A stretch of DNA of 64,000 nt from positions 10,341 to 74,340 of the forward strand of contig JBAYGW010000004.1 in the NCBI GenBank assembly GCA_041666485.1, read 5' to 3'. Below, one piece after another: positions 7,832-16,274 of this stretch. This stretch comes from Patescibacteria group bacterium (GTDB lineage: Bacteria > Patescibacteriota > Patescibacteriia > UM-FILTER-42-10). The notes beneath the pieces were generated by a model. It was given only the letters and a program-made list of their open reading frames with translations, was not told the DNA's origin and did not search any database. The position numbers and the translations under genes are program-made. Within the stretch, counting starts at the first letter, position 1. Each line of letters opens with the position of its first letter.

Positions 7832-8401
7832 ATGCAAAAGATAATTACTATTGATAATCAGGCACTGACCTACACCGTGCGGAAAAGCCTGCGGGCCAGA
7901 AGTATGCGCCTCGCGGTGCACAGCGACGGCACAGTGGTGGTGACCATGCCTTTCCGGTTTCCCGGCAGTCTGGCGGATAAATTTGTACATGAGAAATATG
8001 ACTGGATTATTCGGAAGATTGCATATTTCAAACAAAGCAAAAAACCCGCATCACGGGTATATACCAAAAAAGATTATTTGAAATACCGGGAAGCCGCAAA
8101 GAAATTTGCACTGGAGCGAGTGGAGCATTTTAATGCAACATATAATTTTACGTATAATCGGATAAGTATCCGCAACCAAAAAACAAGATGGGGGAGTTGT
8201 TCCGGGAAAGGCAATCTGAATTTCAATTATAAAATAATCCATTTACCTTTGCGGATTGCCGACTATATTATTGTCCACGAGTTGTGCCATTTGAAGCAAA
8301 TGAATCATTCTAAAAATTTCTGGGATTTAGTGGGAGTATTCTTTTCGGACCACAAGGCAATCAGAAAAGAATTAAAGCGGTTGAGTATTGATCTGGGCTA
8401 G
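7832..8401 (+). CDS. YgjP-like metal-dependent hydrolase (DUF45 / M48-like, HExxH)
   Basis: WGSCSGKGNLNFNYKIIHLP...IIVHELCHLKQMNHSKNFWDLV is the DUF45/YgjP signature. Confidence 0.8.
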   Translation: MQKIITIDNQALTYTVRKSLRARSMRLAVHSDGTVVVTMPFRFPGSLADKFVHEKYDWIIRKIAYFKQSKKPASRVYTKKDYLKYREAAKKFALERVEHFNATYNFTYNRISIRNQKTRWGSCSGKGNLNFNYKIIHLPLRIADYIIVHELCHLKQMNHSKNFWDLVGVFFSDHKAIRKELKRLSIDLG

Positions 8402-8455
8402 AGGCTTTTATTTAAATTTGGTATAATAGAACTATAATTAATAATCATTATATTT

Positions 8456-9019
8456 ATGAATGAAAGTATAAAATATCCGCATGCAGCGGAAGAAGGAGTA
8501 ACCCCGGAAATGGATCAGGCCCGAAAACTGGGGTTATTAGAACCTATGGAGGATACGCTGGAATGGTTGGATATTAAGGCAGATATTCATCTCAAATACA
8601 ATGACAAAAAAGCCAGACAGCTAGAAGAGCAAACGCAATCTGATTATTTAATTGCAAAAGAAAAGGATGATGTGGGTAATTTGCAGGATCCGCATGAGAG
8701 ACCAAATCTTGAATCAAAATTTGCTATTGATACAGGACTGGTGGAAGCAAGAAGGTTGCGTGAAGCAAATAACACAATGGAAAAAGAAATCGCCGACATG
8801 CTTCTAGGTCATGATTTTGAACAGTTTCGCACACCAAACCAAGCACAATTACAGGCTATTCGTGAAGCACTTCACGTCGCCTATCAGCAAGATCCAGAGA
8901 TCAATGATCGGATAAAGGCGAAAGAACGCATCAGAGAAATTATTGCATTAGAAAAACAGTTAGCTGAATTGCTTGTAATTTTTGGACAAGAGGTGCAGGA
9001 TGTTGTCAGTAGACAATAA
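8456..9019 (+). CDS. Hypothetical protein
   Basis: 187-aa ORF with host-like composition and no recognisable motif. Confidence 0.45.
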   Translation: MNESIKYPHAAEEGVTPEMDQARKLGLLEPMEDTLEWLDIKADIHLKYNDKKARQLEEQTQSDYLIAKEKDDVGNLQDPHERPNLESKFAIDTGLVEARRLREANNTMEKEIADMLLGHDFEQFRTPNQAQLQAIREALHVAYQQDPEINDRIKAKERIREIIALEKQLAELLVIFGQEVQDVVSRQ

Positions 9020-9153
9020 TAATTTAGTGATATGAATTACGTCCAACCCCCCCCTAACCCCCCTCCTTAGGAAGGAGAGGGGGTGCGGTTCGCAAGGAAT
9101 AGGGAAGTGTTTAGTTCCTCTCCTTTTTAAGGGGAGGATTTAGGAGGCGTAAT

Positions 9154-9195
9154 AAAAAAATACCGCCGGGCTCTCAGAGGAGAGGGGCGGTTTTC
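9154..9195 (-). terminator. Intrinsic terminator for the minus-strand gene 9223-10125 (possibly bidirectional)
   Basis: The sequence aaaaaaataCCGCCgggctctcagaggagagGGGCGGttttcgg reads on the minus strand as a GC-rich hairpin followed by a T7 run. Confidence 0.55.
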
Positions 9196-9222
9196 GGATT
9201 GCCTACAGAGTAGGCGAAGGTG

Positions 9223-10125
9223 CTATTCCAAACGCTCTTGGAGCGGGTCAAAGTCCGAGTAGAGCGCGAGCAGGAAATCAATCATGTCGGCTCCGAAATC
9301 CTCGTCGGATACGGCGTACTGCTCAATCGTGAGCATGTTGGCGCTCACAACCAAGTCGGTTCCGTAGAAGCCGACATCAAGCGGAGATTCAATCGGAACG
9401 CATTTGCGTATCCGATCTTCGTCATCGGTCAACGGACCCATCGTGTAGGCGTAGGGTTCATGACCTTCCGCAACGGTGATCTGCTGGCGCTGCAAAGCGC
9501 TTTCGCGAGTGGCGGCGAGCCACTTCCCTTCGGTCATCTCGTTGATGATCATGAACACCGCATGGTGTGCCTCGTACTCCTCAAGGAGCCACGGGTCGGA
9601 AAGCGGTTCCGTAACCGTTCCCTCTTCGTCGTAGTCGTTCTCCGTGCAGTCCCGGGCGTGGACGATTTCATGTGCGAGGCAGAGCCCGCGCACGAGCTGT
9701 CCGAAACCGCAGGTTGTGAGCTTCACCGAACGCGATTCGCAGAAGAATTCCGCGAAAATCGCATCTTCCTCCCGAAGGAGCGGAATCGGATTCGGATCCG
9801 CCACGATGAAGAAGTCTAGCGGACTGTCCAGTGTTTCCACCACCTCAAAGAGCTGGGAATCAACGAACTTCGCACGCACGGCATGCGCGTCGTAGAACTC
9901 CAGGAGCTCCTTGGCGGTTGCCGACTGCTCGGCGAGTGCCGCGAGGTCTTCCCGCGCCGTGTCAAGAATCCGGTTCTCGGGCTCGGTCAGCACAGGTAGA
10001 GCCAGTGCGGAGGAGACGGGCTCCTCCTGAGACTGAGCAGGGACACAGTAGGCGAAGGCGCACAGGGTGGGAATGAGGGACAGGTACAAAGCGACCTTAT
10101 GCCACGTACGCATGAGCGGTTCCAT
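9223..10125 (-). CDS. Secreted protein with HExxH...E zinc-binding-like motif (putative metalloprotein/peptidase), high-GC island
   Basis: Signal peptide MRTWHKVALYLSLIPTLCAFAYCVPAQSQ. Motifs CLAHEIVHARDC and, ~30 aa downstream, LLEEYEAHH. Codon usage is ~60% GC, unlike the flanks. The overlapping plus-strand ORFs are antisense artefacts. Confidence 0.55.
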   Translation of the reverse strand: MEPLMRTWHKVALYLSLIPTLCAFAYCVPAQSQEEPVSSALALPVLTEPENRILDTAREDLAALAEQSATAKELLEFYDAHAVRAKFVDSQLFEVVETLDSPLDFFIVADPNPIPLLREEDAIFAEFFCESRSVKLTTCGFGQLVRGLCLAHEIVHARDCTENDYDEEGTVTEPLSDPWLLEEYEAHHAVFMIINEMTEGKWLAATRESALQRQQITVAEGHEPYAYTMGPLTDDEDRIRKCVPIESPLDVGFYGTDLVVSANMLTIEQYAVSDEDFGADMIDFLLALYSDFDPLQERLE

Positions 10126-10390
10126 CCTTTCGGGTCTTCCTAGTCTTTTCTTTGGTTGCTGTGTGAAAATTGTGCCTGTACTACGATCCTCGGTCAGAAA
10201 CCTGCAAATCTCCTTTCAACAGGAATTCTGACTACACTGTATAACATGATATTATATTTTTGTCCAGAGTGGTTAAAGATAATTAATCATTCGCGAATTA
10301 AAAATGTATATAAATCTTGCAAAAAACTGCTGTTATGCTAGGGTTGCGATAGTCGTGAGTTATTTGATGCCTGCAGAAAGGACGGATGCT

Positions 10391-10612
10391 ATGAGTCATC
10401 GGTTCACTCCAGCCCGCCTCAACGAGGTATTGGTTGCTGCCAATGCTTCGCGCCAGCCGGAAGCGGTTGAAGCGACAACTCTGCTGCGGGACTTCATGGA
10501 GCGCGAAGATCTGATCGGCTCCGATGAAACCGACCGGCATGTGCATGTGCCGGAAGACCTGGTCGGCATCATTGAATACCCCTGGAACGGGCATTCCCAG
10601 TCGGCTCTCTAG
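10391..10612 (+). CDS. Small hypothetical protein (start uncertain)
   Basis: gaaaggacggatgctATG gives an RBS-like sequence. Followed by two hairpins and a T-run (10619-10668). It competes with antisense ORF 10298-10642, which has no such signals. Confidence 0.3.
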   Translation: MSHRFTPARLNEVLVAANASRQPEAVEATTLLRDFMEREDLIGSDETDRHVHVPEDLVGIIEYPWNGHSQSAL

Positions 10613-10641
10613 TACATCTGCGGTTCCCAGAAACCGCGCCA

Positions 10642-10668
10642 CTCTTTCCTGACTGAAAGAGTTTTTTA
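10642..10668 (+). terminator. Intrinsic terminator
   Basis: ctctttc-ctgactg-aaagag followed by ttttttattt. Preceded by a second hairpin, gcggtt-cccagaa-accgc. Confidence 0.5.
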
Positions 10669-10688
10669 TTTAAAACATTATGACAATT

Positions 10689-10726
10689 AAAAAAATCGAG
10701 GGTGAGTCCGGATGGGCTCACTCTCG
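10689..10726 (-). terminator. Intrinsic terminator for minus-strand gene 10802-11344
   Basis: aaaaaaaTCGAGGGTGAGTCCggaTGGGCTCACTCTCG forms a 12-bp stem with a T-run on the minus strand. It shares the AAAAAAATCGAGGG.GAG head with the terminator at 13003. Confidence 0.55.
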
Positions 10727-10801
10727 GGTTAAAGGAATGATCAGATGATGAAAAGCAGAAGGTGTGGTGCAACAGTGGACGCGCGGGATCGCGGGTCAGG
10801 A

Positions 10802-11344
10802 TCAGAGGTCGATGCGCTCAGTCGGAGCGTCACCGCCCTGATCGTCCGCAGCGGGAGCAGTCGCCTCCATGGCCTGCCCGGTCTCGGCACCAGCGGCAGC
10901 CTGGTCGCCGGCCGCGACAACGGCCGGGTCCACCTCGGGAGCGGCGTTGACATCCGCAGCGGCGGCCACGACGGGAGCCTCCACGCTGGCGGCAGCGAGC
11001 GGGGTCGCATCCGTCCCATCCTCGTCACCGAGCTGGGGATTGCCGACGGTTGCGGCGGCCTGATGCTCGGCGTGAGCCTCGTCCTCGTCCTCGGGCACGT
11101 CCTCCCAGGGCACGTCCTCGGGGATCAGCAGGGTGCCGATCATGAGGTCGCCTTCGGCGATGAGGTCGTAGAGACCGACTTTGGCCACCGTCGGCTCCCC
11201 CTCGTCGGACAGGCCGAGGATCACGATCAGGTGCTGGTTCTCGTCGTACTGGATCCCTCTCGCCTTGAGGGTCTCCAGGACGGGGGTGCCTTCCTCCCCC
11301 TCGAACAGCGGATGGAGACGGAGGCAGGGTTTTGTTCTTGACAT
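10802..11344 (-). CDS. Hypothetical acidic protein with an Ala/Asp/Glu-rich low-complexity C-terminus
   Basis: RBS AAGGAG lies 8 nt before ATG (MSRTKPCLRLHPLFEGEEG...). The ordered N-domain (...HLIVILGLSDEGEPTVAKVGLYDLIAEGDLMIGTLLIPEDVPWEDV) is weakly reminiscent of DUF1292-type small acidic proteins. The overlapping 198-aa plus-strand ORF is rejected. Confidence 0.5.
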   Translation of the reverse strand: MSRTKPCLRLHPLFEGEEGTPVLETLKARGIQYDENQHLIVILGLSDEGEPTVAKVGLYDLIAEGDLMIGTLLIPEDVPWEDVPEDEDEAHAEHQAAATVGNPQLGDEDGTDATPLAAASVEAPVVAAAADVNAAPEVDPAVVAAGDQAAAGAETGQAMEATAPAADDQGGDAPTERIDL

Positions 11345-11490
11345 CGCACACACTCCTTCTTGGGAACGGGACCATAATTTGCCGACGGCTTATCCGCCAG
11401 CAGCGAACATGTCAGATGTTATCACGCCTTTTTGTCTATGTCAAAATGCCTTTCAAACTGTGGATTTACAGACGGCTGCTAATCCTTTAT

Positions 11491-11508
11491 GCGGTTTTTG
11501 AAAACCGC
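11491..11508. promoter_or_regulatory. Perfect inverted repeat GCGGTTTT-tg-AAAACCGC in a divergent intergenic region (candidate operator)
   Basis: gcggtttttgaaaaccgc has 8-bp arms and a 2-nt spacer. It lies between the start of the minus gene at 11344 and the promoter of the plus gene at 11578. Confidence 0.4.
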
Positions 11509-11577
11509 AATTAATTTATTCTCACTGAGGAGAGTTTATTTATTGCAAAAAAATAAAATAATGCTTTGTATTTATAG

Positions 11578-11606
11578 TTGACATTCTATAATCATGGGTG
11601 TTAAAT
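11578..11606 (+). promoter_or_regulatory. Sigma70-like promoter for gene 11660
   Basis: TTGACA (11578-11583), then a 17-nt spacer, then tgTTAAAT with an extended-10 TG. RBS aaaggggg lies 8 nt before ATG 11660. Confidence 0.45.
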
Positions 11607-11659
11607 GGGCATGAAAACCAAAACACGAAACCGTTGCTCTTTGAAAGGGGGTGACCACC

Positions 11660-12085
11660 ATGCTAGCAGTCTTTCAAATTGAACCGGGCGCATTGTTCGG
11701 GATAATACTAGTGGCTGTAATAGCAGCAATCGGAATTTGGGTACAAGTTGATGCTGCTACTGCAAAAACCCGGCAAGAAGAGGAATTCAAAGAACAAAGG
11801 AGATTAGCAAAAGAGAAAAAAAATCAGGAATACAGAGAGGGGTCGGCTCGCGAGGAACAATCAGATGAGGAAAGGTACAGGCAAAAACAAGTAAGCGATG
11901 AAGAACGTGATCGGGAAATGCGACCAATACTGGAAGCTGCTATAGCAAGAGGGGAAAAGGTTTGTTGGACACATTATATTGTTGGTGTCCAATATTGCAA
12001 TAGGGGGTGTGGTCGTTGTCTTTGTCTCGAAGGTGGCCCAATGTGTGATCAGTGTTGGTTTGATGATCATGACGACGATGACTAG
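11660..12085 (+). CDS. Small membrane-anchored protein with a charged linker and a Cys-rich, poly-Asp C-terminus
   Basis: TM helix FGIILVAVIAAIGIW. Linker QEEEFKEQRRLAKEKK...DEERDRE. Tail CWTHYIVGVQYCNRGCGRCLCLEGGPMCDQCWFDDHDDDD with 8 Cys in 31 aa. Confidence 0.5.
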   Translation: MLAVFQIEPGALFGIILVAVIAAIGIWVQVDAATAKTRQEEEFKEQRRLAKEKKNQEYREGSAREEQSDEERYRQKQVSDEERDREMRPILEAAIARGEKVCWTHYIVGVQYCNRGCGRCLCLEGGPMCDQCWFDDHDDDD

Positions 12086-12173
12086 TTCGTTCAAGACTCT
12101 TTAGTTTAGAGTCTTTTTTATCGAATTGTTAATTATATTTCACCTGAATAATAAATTGTGCTACGATTAAGCT

Positions 12174-12905
12174 ATGAATTTAGCAGAGAAATTGGAGTTG
12201 TACTTCTTTGACCCAATGAGAGGGGAGGAGGACTATTTTAAACGGTTCAAAGAGTGCACCGATATTCAGATTTCCTACGCGCCGCTGTATTTATTACGCC
12301 GGCAGATATTATTGTTGACCGGCAAACTGATTACATTTCCCAACCCGCCCATTCATCAGATTCCGTATTTTTCCGCCATTCTCCTGGCACACATTGCGGT
12401 AAAAAAAATGACTATGCTGTCCAGCGGTCAGGACTACGTTAAGTACGGCGATTATATTTTGTTTTATGATAAATACATGGGCATGAAGCCGCTGGATTAT
12501 GTGGCGGCCAGACTTCTGCGTAATGGAATAGAACACAATAATTTCCAGTTGTATATGCGTCTGAAAGCGGACAGCGCACCAATGTTCCGCGAGTTCGCCC
12601 GATATTTTATTAATAATAAAATTATGACCCGTGAGCAGCTGAGGTCTATGCGCAATTTTAACGTAACGTTTGCGATGGTGGAAACAGGTCACACTGGCGC
12701 GATTGTTTCTCCACCGGAACTGTTAAAATTTGATCCGGAGCTGGGTATCGCACGGATCCAGTTCTATATTCAGCCATATCTATTTTTGGAAGCATTTGAA
12801 AAGGGGGTGCAGAAAGTGGAACAAGATATCCGTGATTCAAAAGAATTGAAAGAGAATTTTGACCGTGCTGTGATTGAAGCAAACTGGATGGATGTGCATC
12901 CGTAA
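12174..12905 (+). CDS. Hypothetical protein
   Basis: 243-aa ORF, ~42% GC, with no recognisable motif. Confidence 0.45.
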   Translation: MNLAEKLELYFFDPMRGEEDYFKRFKECTDIQISYAPLYLLRRQILLLTGKLITFPNPPIHQIPYFSAILLAHIAVKKMTMLSSGQDYVKYGDYILFYDKYMGMKPLDYVAARLLRNGIEHNNFQLYMRLKADSAPMFREFARYFINNKIMTREQLRSMRNFNVTFAMVETGHTGAIVSPPELLKFDPELGIARIQFYIQPYLFLEAFEKGVQKVEQDIRDSKELKENFDRAVIEANWMDVHP

Positions 12906-13002
12906 TCGGTACTTAAAAAGTGTAATTAGTAATTGGTAACTGGTAATTCGTAATCTCTAATATTCATCTGAATTGATGTGTGTTTTTGTTTTAGGAAAAT
13001 AA

Positions 13003-13054
13003 AAAAAATCGAGGGGGAGAGAACAATGCTTGCGCAATGTTTCTCCCGCCTCGG
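13003..13054 (-). terminator. Intrinsic terminator for the OMP/lipoprotein operon (minus strand)
   Basis: aaaaaaaaTCGAGGGGGAGagaacaatgcttgcgcaatgtttCTCCCGCCTCG is a long imperfect hairpin with a T8 run on the minus strand, immediately downstream of the stop at 13092. Confidence 0.5.
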
Positions 13055-13091
13055 GGTGACCCCGCTAAGCGGGATCTAGGAACGACTAGTG

Positions 13092-15197
13092 CTATTCGGC
13101 CGGATTGTACGTGGTACTTTCCAGACGAACGACGGGGATTTCATCGTAGGCTGAGGGGACTTCGTAGCATCCCATCAGCTTCTGCATGTACACCCAGCCG
13201 GTGCACTTGTTGGCGTCGCCGGTCCAGACGATACGAATCTCCTGGATATTCTCAAGATCGGCTTCACCGAAGTCCACCAGCAGGTAGGCCGGACGCTGCG
13301 GGTACAGATCCGGGATCGTCCAGTAACGAACGGAGCCGTTAGTGTACCGGAACTCCATGATCGTGTCCTCGTGCTGGAGGACATCAAACTTGAACAGTCC
13401 CCACATCCGCTGCCAGTAGGGGTGACCGGTCGTCACGAACGCGCAGTCCGTGAGATCGCCCGGTCCCACCTTGAAGTCGTTGATGTCAACTTCCCAGCAG
13501 ATGGTCTCCGGATCCGAAGCGGACCGGACGCGGATGTTGATTTCGCGTTGCTGAACTTCGCCGGTGACGTTGTCCGTCACCTCAACGTAGAACAGGTGAT
13601 TACCCGCGTTCAGCTCAGGATACTCGCAGACCGGGGTGGTCGCGAACGGAAACTGCTCCAGGTAACCCCACTTCACCGAGTTATCGCCGGAGCCACCCTG
13701 GATGATCACCTGGAGGCTCGCGGTCACAGGTTCCACTTCGTCCTGCGGACTGCCGAAGATCTGGGTGGTCATCGGCGGGTACTGCAGTGCTTTCACGCGG
13801 ATGGCGACGTCCTCGTTCAGAACGAGACCGGTGACGTTGTCCGTCACCTGCACGTGGAACACGTGTACGCCGGCCATCAGACCCATCACTTCAACTGCCG
13901 GAGTGGTGCCGACGACGACGTTACTGTCGTTGGTCCACTCGTAGCTGAAGTCGCCCGAACCGTTATTCACGGTCACCAGCATATTGCCGTTCACCGGCTC
14001 GGTCTCGTCCTGCGGGGTAACGAAGGTTGTGATACCCATCGGGATGATGGGATCGTCCTCGCGGGGCAGAGCGGTGACGGTAACGGTTTGCTGTCTCACC
14101 TGGCCGGTTGCGTCGGTGACGGTGGCCTGGAAACAGCGGGTGCCGGGCTGGGTGATACTGAGACGCACACTGCGTGTGGTTGCGAAGACGTTGCCGTTCT
14201 CGCTCCACACGTGCACGAAGGGGTAGATCCCTCCGAACTCGTGCATGGTCAGCGTGGTCTCAAACGAAACCGGGATCCCACTCGTGGAAGCAGTCGCATC
14301 CATGTCGAGCGGAGTCGGATCGTCCGTGTCCACATACACCGTCAAGTCCTGGAAGGTGGAGCCGTTGCCGGTGCCATCGTCCAAGAAAACGGTAAAGGTA
14401 TGTGTGCCGTCGGGGAGATTCGGGTATGCGGCGAACAGACTCTGCGAGAACATAACGCCCTCGTAGAACCACCGGTAATGGTAGTTTCCGTCACCGCCGG
14501 ACCCGTGCGCTTCCAGATAGGCTTTGTCGCCGATCGCGAAGCCGAAGGCATCCAGCGTCAGAGCGTGGAGTTCCCCAGGAGCGCCGGCACAGATGGTACG
14601 GTTGAAGGTGACTTCGTTGCCGTCGGCATCGGTGATCGTGCCGACCACTGCGTAGTTTCCCGGCTGTTCGGCCCGGAACCGGATGGACGGTTCGGTGTAC
14701 ACCGCACCGTTCACGATGATGTCAAACGAGTAGGGCAGTTTCCCACCCCAGCCGATGAGCGAGATTGACGCTTCGTAAGGCGCCATCAGGTCGTTCGGTG
14801 TGACGATCATCATACCCTGAAGCGGGCTGTCGGTTTCCACTTCCTGCTCGCTGGCCGTGACGGTCAGCTCGCGGGAGATGGTGGTGTCCGGGTAGACGAC
14901 CTTGAGCTCGAAGCTCCAGGAGCCGGGTTCGGGCGCCGTGAACACAGTGTCCGTTCCGGTAGCGTAGAACTGCCCATCCTTGTAGATTGCGACGTGTTCC
15001 GGATCGCCAAGCACGGTTCCCCAGAGGGTAGCCGTATCGACGTAGGGCCGAAACAGGTTGAGCGGTGAGGCGTTGAACGTCGCGCCGAATTCCGGAAGCA
15101 CAGGTGCCTGCGGCGCCACCAGATCAGCCTCGCTCTCGCAACCAGCGAGTACGAGGCCGAAGGCGCAGATCGCAAGCAAAGCGATGATTCTCTTCAT
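13092..15197 (-). CDS. Large lipoprotein with repeated Ig-like/PKD-like beta-sandwich domains (high-GC island)
   Basis: RBS AGGAGG lies 6 nt before ATG. Lipoprotein signal MKRIIALLAICAFGLVLAGC (lipobox LAGC). Internal repeats are visible, e.g. FVTPQDETEPVNGNMLVTVNNGSGDFSYEW and FGSPQDEVEPVTASLQVIIQGGSGDNSVKW. The 465-aa antisense ORF 13371-14768 is rejected. Confidence 0.7.
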   Translation of the reverse strand: MKRIIALLAICAFGLVLAGCESEADLVAPQAPVLPEFGATFNASPLNLFRPYVDTATLWGTVLGDPEHVAIYKDGQFYATGTDTVFTAPEPGSWSFELKVVYPDTTISRELTVTASEQEVETDSPLQGMMIVTPNDLMAPYEASISLIGWGGKLPYSFDIIVNGAVYTEPSIRFRAEQPGNYAVVGTITDADGNEVTFNRTICAGAPGELHALTLDAFGFAIGDKAYLEAHGSGGDGNYHYRWFYEGVMFSQSLFAAYPNLPDGTHTFTVFLDDGTGNGSTFQDLTVYVDTDDPTPLDMDATASTSGIPVSFETTLTMHEFGGIYPFVHVWSENGNVFATTRSVRLSITQPGTRCFQATVTDATGQVRQQTVTVTALPREDDPIIPMGITTFVTPQDETEPVNGNMLVTVNNGSGDFSYEWTNDSNVVVGTTPAVEVMGLMAGVHVFHVQVTDNVTGLVLNEDVAIRVKALQYPPMTTQIFGSPQDEVEPVTASLQVIIQGGSGDNSVKWGYLEQFPFATTPVCEYPELNAGNHLFYVEVTDNVTGEVQQREINIRVRSASDPETICWEVDINDFKVGPGDLTDCAFVTTGHPYWQRMWGLFKFDVLQHEDTIMEFRYTNGSVRYWTIPDLYPQRPAYLLVDFGEADLENIQEIRIVWTGDANKCTGWVYMQKLMGCYEVPSAYDEIPVVRLESTTYNPAE

Positions 15198-15206
15198 CTT
15201 GACCTC

Positions 15207-16274
15207 CTACATACCGAAGTTGTAGTTGACGCCGGCGGCGATGGAAGGCTCGACCGAGCGATCCGTGCCGAGGCGATCGAAGAACATGAGACCGGGCGTG
15301 ATGTAGCCCAGGACGTGTCCCTTGGTGATCGCGAACCCTCCGTAAAGGCCGTAGCCGTTTTGGAGGTATTCGCCGAACGTCTCCACGCATTCGGAAGCGT
15401 AGAGGATCCGTGCCGTCAGACCGAACCACGGCTTATTCCCGTAGAAATGCGCCATGTTCAGGCTGAACAGCTTCTGCTCGACCGACTGCTCGACTGAGCC
15501 GAGATGCTCAGAGCCGAAACTGCCGTAGCCGAGAGTGCCCGAGATGAAGTTGCGTCCGCTCCGAATCCCGAAGGAAACGGATGGGACCAACGTGGGCTGG
15601 CCGCTTGATACGGTAACCCATTCCGCTCCGAACCCGAGCATGTAGCTCTTGTCGGAATTGGTCGGGTGAACCGGGTGAACACAGGGCGCCGGCCGCTCAA
15701 CGATGCGTTCGGTGACGATGCGTTCAACGACGACTCGTTCGGTCGACTTCGTCGGCAGCTTGTCCACGTAGATGTGGATGTAGCGGTCGCCGATGCGCTG
15801 GGAGCGGATGTGGAAGTAGTCAATCGGGACCTTGAACGGGTCCACACCGACGTACTCTAGCACCTGGTTGGCCGAAGCCTCCCGGGCGCCGTTCGTTCCT
15901 CCATCCCAGTCCAGATTCTGGGCATCAAAGTCAATGTCCTTGAACCTGGGGTCGTCCTTGAAGATCTCCAGGATTCCGTACTTCGTGGGGTCCGTGCAAC
16001 AGACCACCACGAGACGCTTGTTCCCGGCGCGGACGCTGTCCAGTTCGGTCCGGAACTCCGGCGTGACCAGCGGAAGAACCTCTTCCTTGGTCACCAGATG
16101 CCCGGGCTTTCCCTTCCCGAGCTGGATGAAGATGCCGCGATCCCGAGGGATCACGGTGTGGTCGGGCTGGTCCGCCTGCGCGATGCTCGATTCTGCGACC
16201 AGCATCAGCACGGCGATGAGAAACACGGTGATTTTCCTCACTACTCTCTCCTTCAGTTGTGCTGTCATATCCAT
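15207..16274 (-). CDS. Secreted protein with a C-terminal outer-membrane beta-barrel-like domain (co-transcribed with the lipoprotein)
   Basis: Signal peptide ...RKITVFLIAVLMLVAESSIAQA. The start could be ATG 16274, ATG 16268 or GTG after AAGGAG. The C-terminal ~150 aa shows an alternating hydrophobic pattern with Gly/aromatic-rich strands (GFGAEWVTVS...LGYGSFGS...YGLYGGFAIT...VNYNFGM), typical of OMP beta-barrels. The stop overlaps the RBS of the downstream lipoprotein gene. Confidence 0.55.
   Translation of the reverse strand: MDMTAQLKERVVRKITVFLIAVLMLVAESSIAQADQPDHTVIPRDRGIFIQLGKGKPGHLVTKEEVLPLVTPEFRTELDSVRAGNKRLVVVCCTDPTKYGILEIFKDDPRFKDIDFDAQNLDWDGGTNGAREASANQVLEYVGVDPFKVPIDYFHIRSQRIGDRYIHIYVDKLPTKSTERVVVERIVTERIVERPAPCVHPVHPTNSDKSYMLGFGAEWVTVSSGQPTLVPSVSFGIRSGRNFISGTLGYGSFGSEHLGSVEQSVEQKLFSLNMAHFYGNKPWFGLTARILYASECVETFGEYLQNGYGLYGGFAITKGHVLGYITPGLMFFDRLGTDRSVEPSIAAGVNYNFGM

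Noticed and set aside
7650-7844. 64-aa plus-strand ORF
   Set aside because: It is composed entirely of the ACGGGATT boxes, the T-run and the TATAAT module of element Y. It is more parsimoniously regulatory DNA upstream of the YgjP-like gene.
9220-11375. Multiple GC-rich ORFs (9220-9819+, 9644-9895+, 9831-10076+, 10745-11341+, 10762-10950+, 10869-11063+, 11025-11375-)
   Set aside because: High-GC DNA yields long spurious open frames on every strand. Translations are Arg/Pro/Gly/Ala-rich low complexity. The chosen genes have RBS and terminators and coherent hydropathy.
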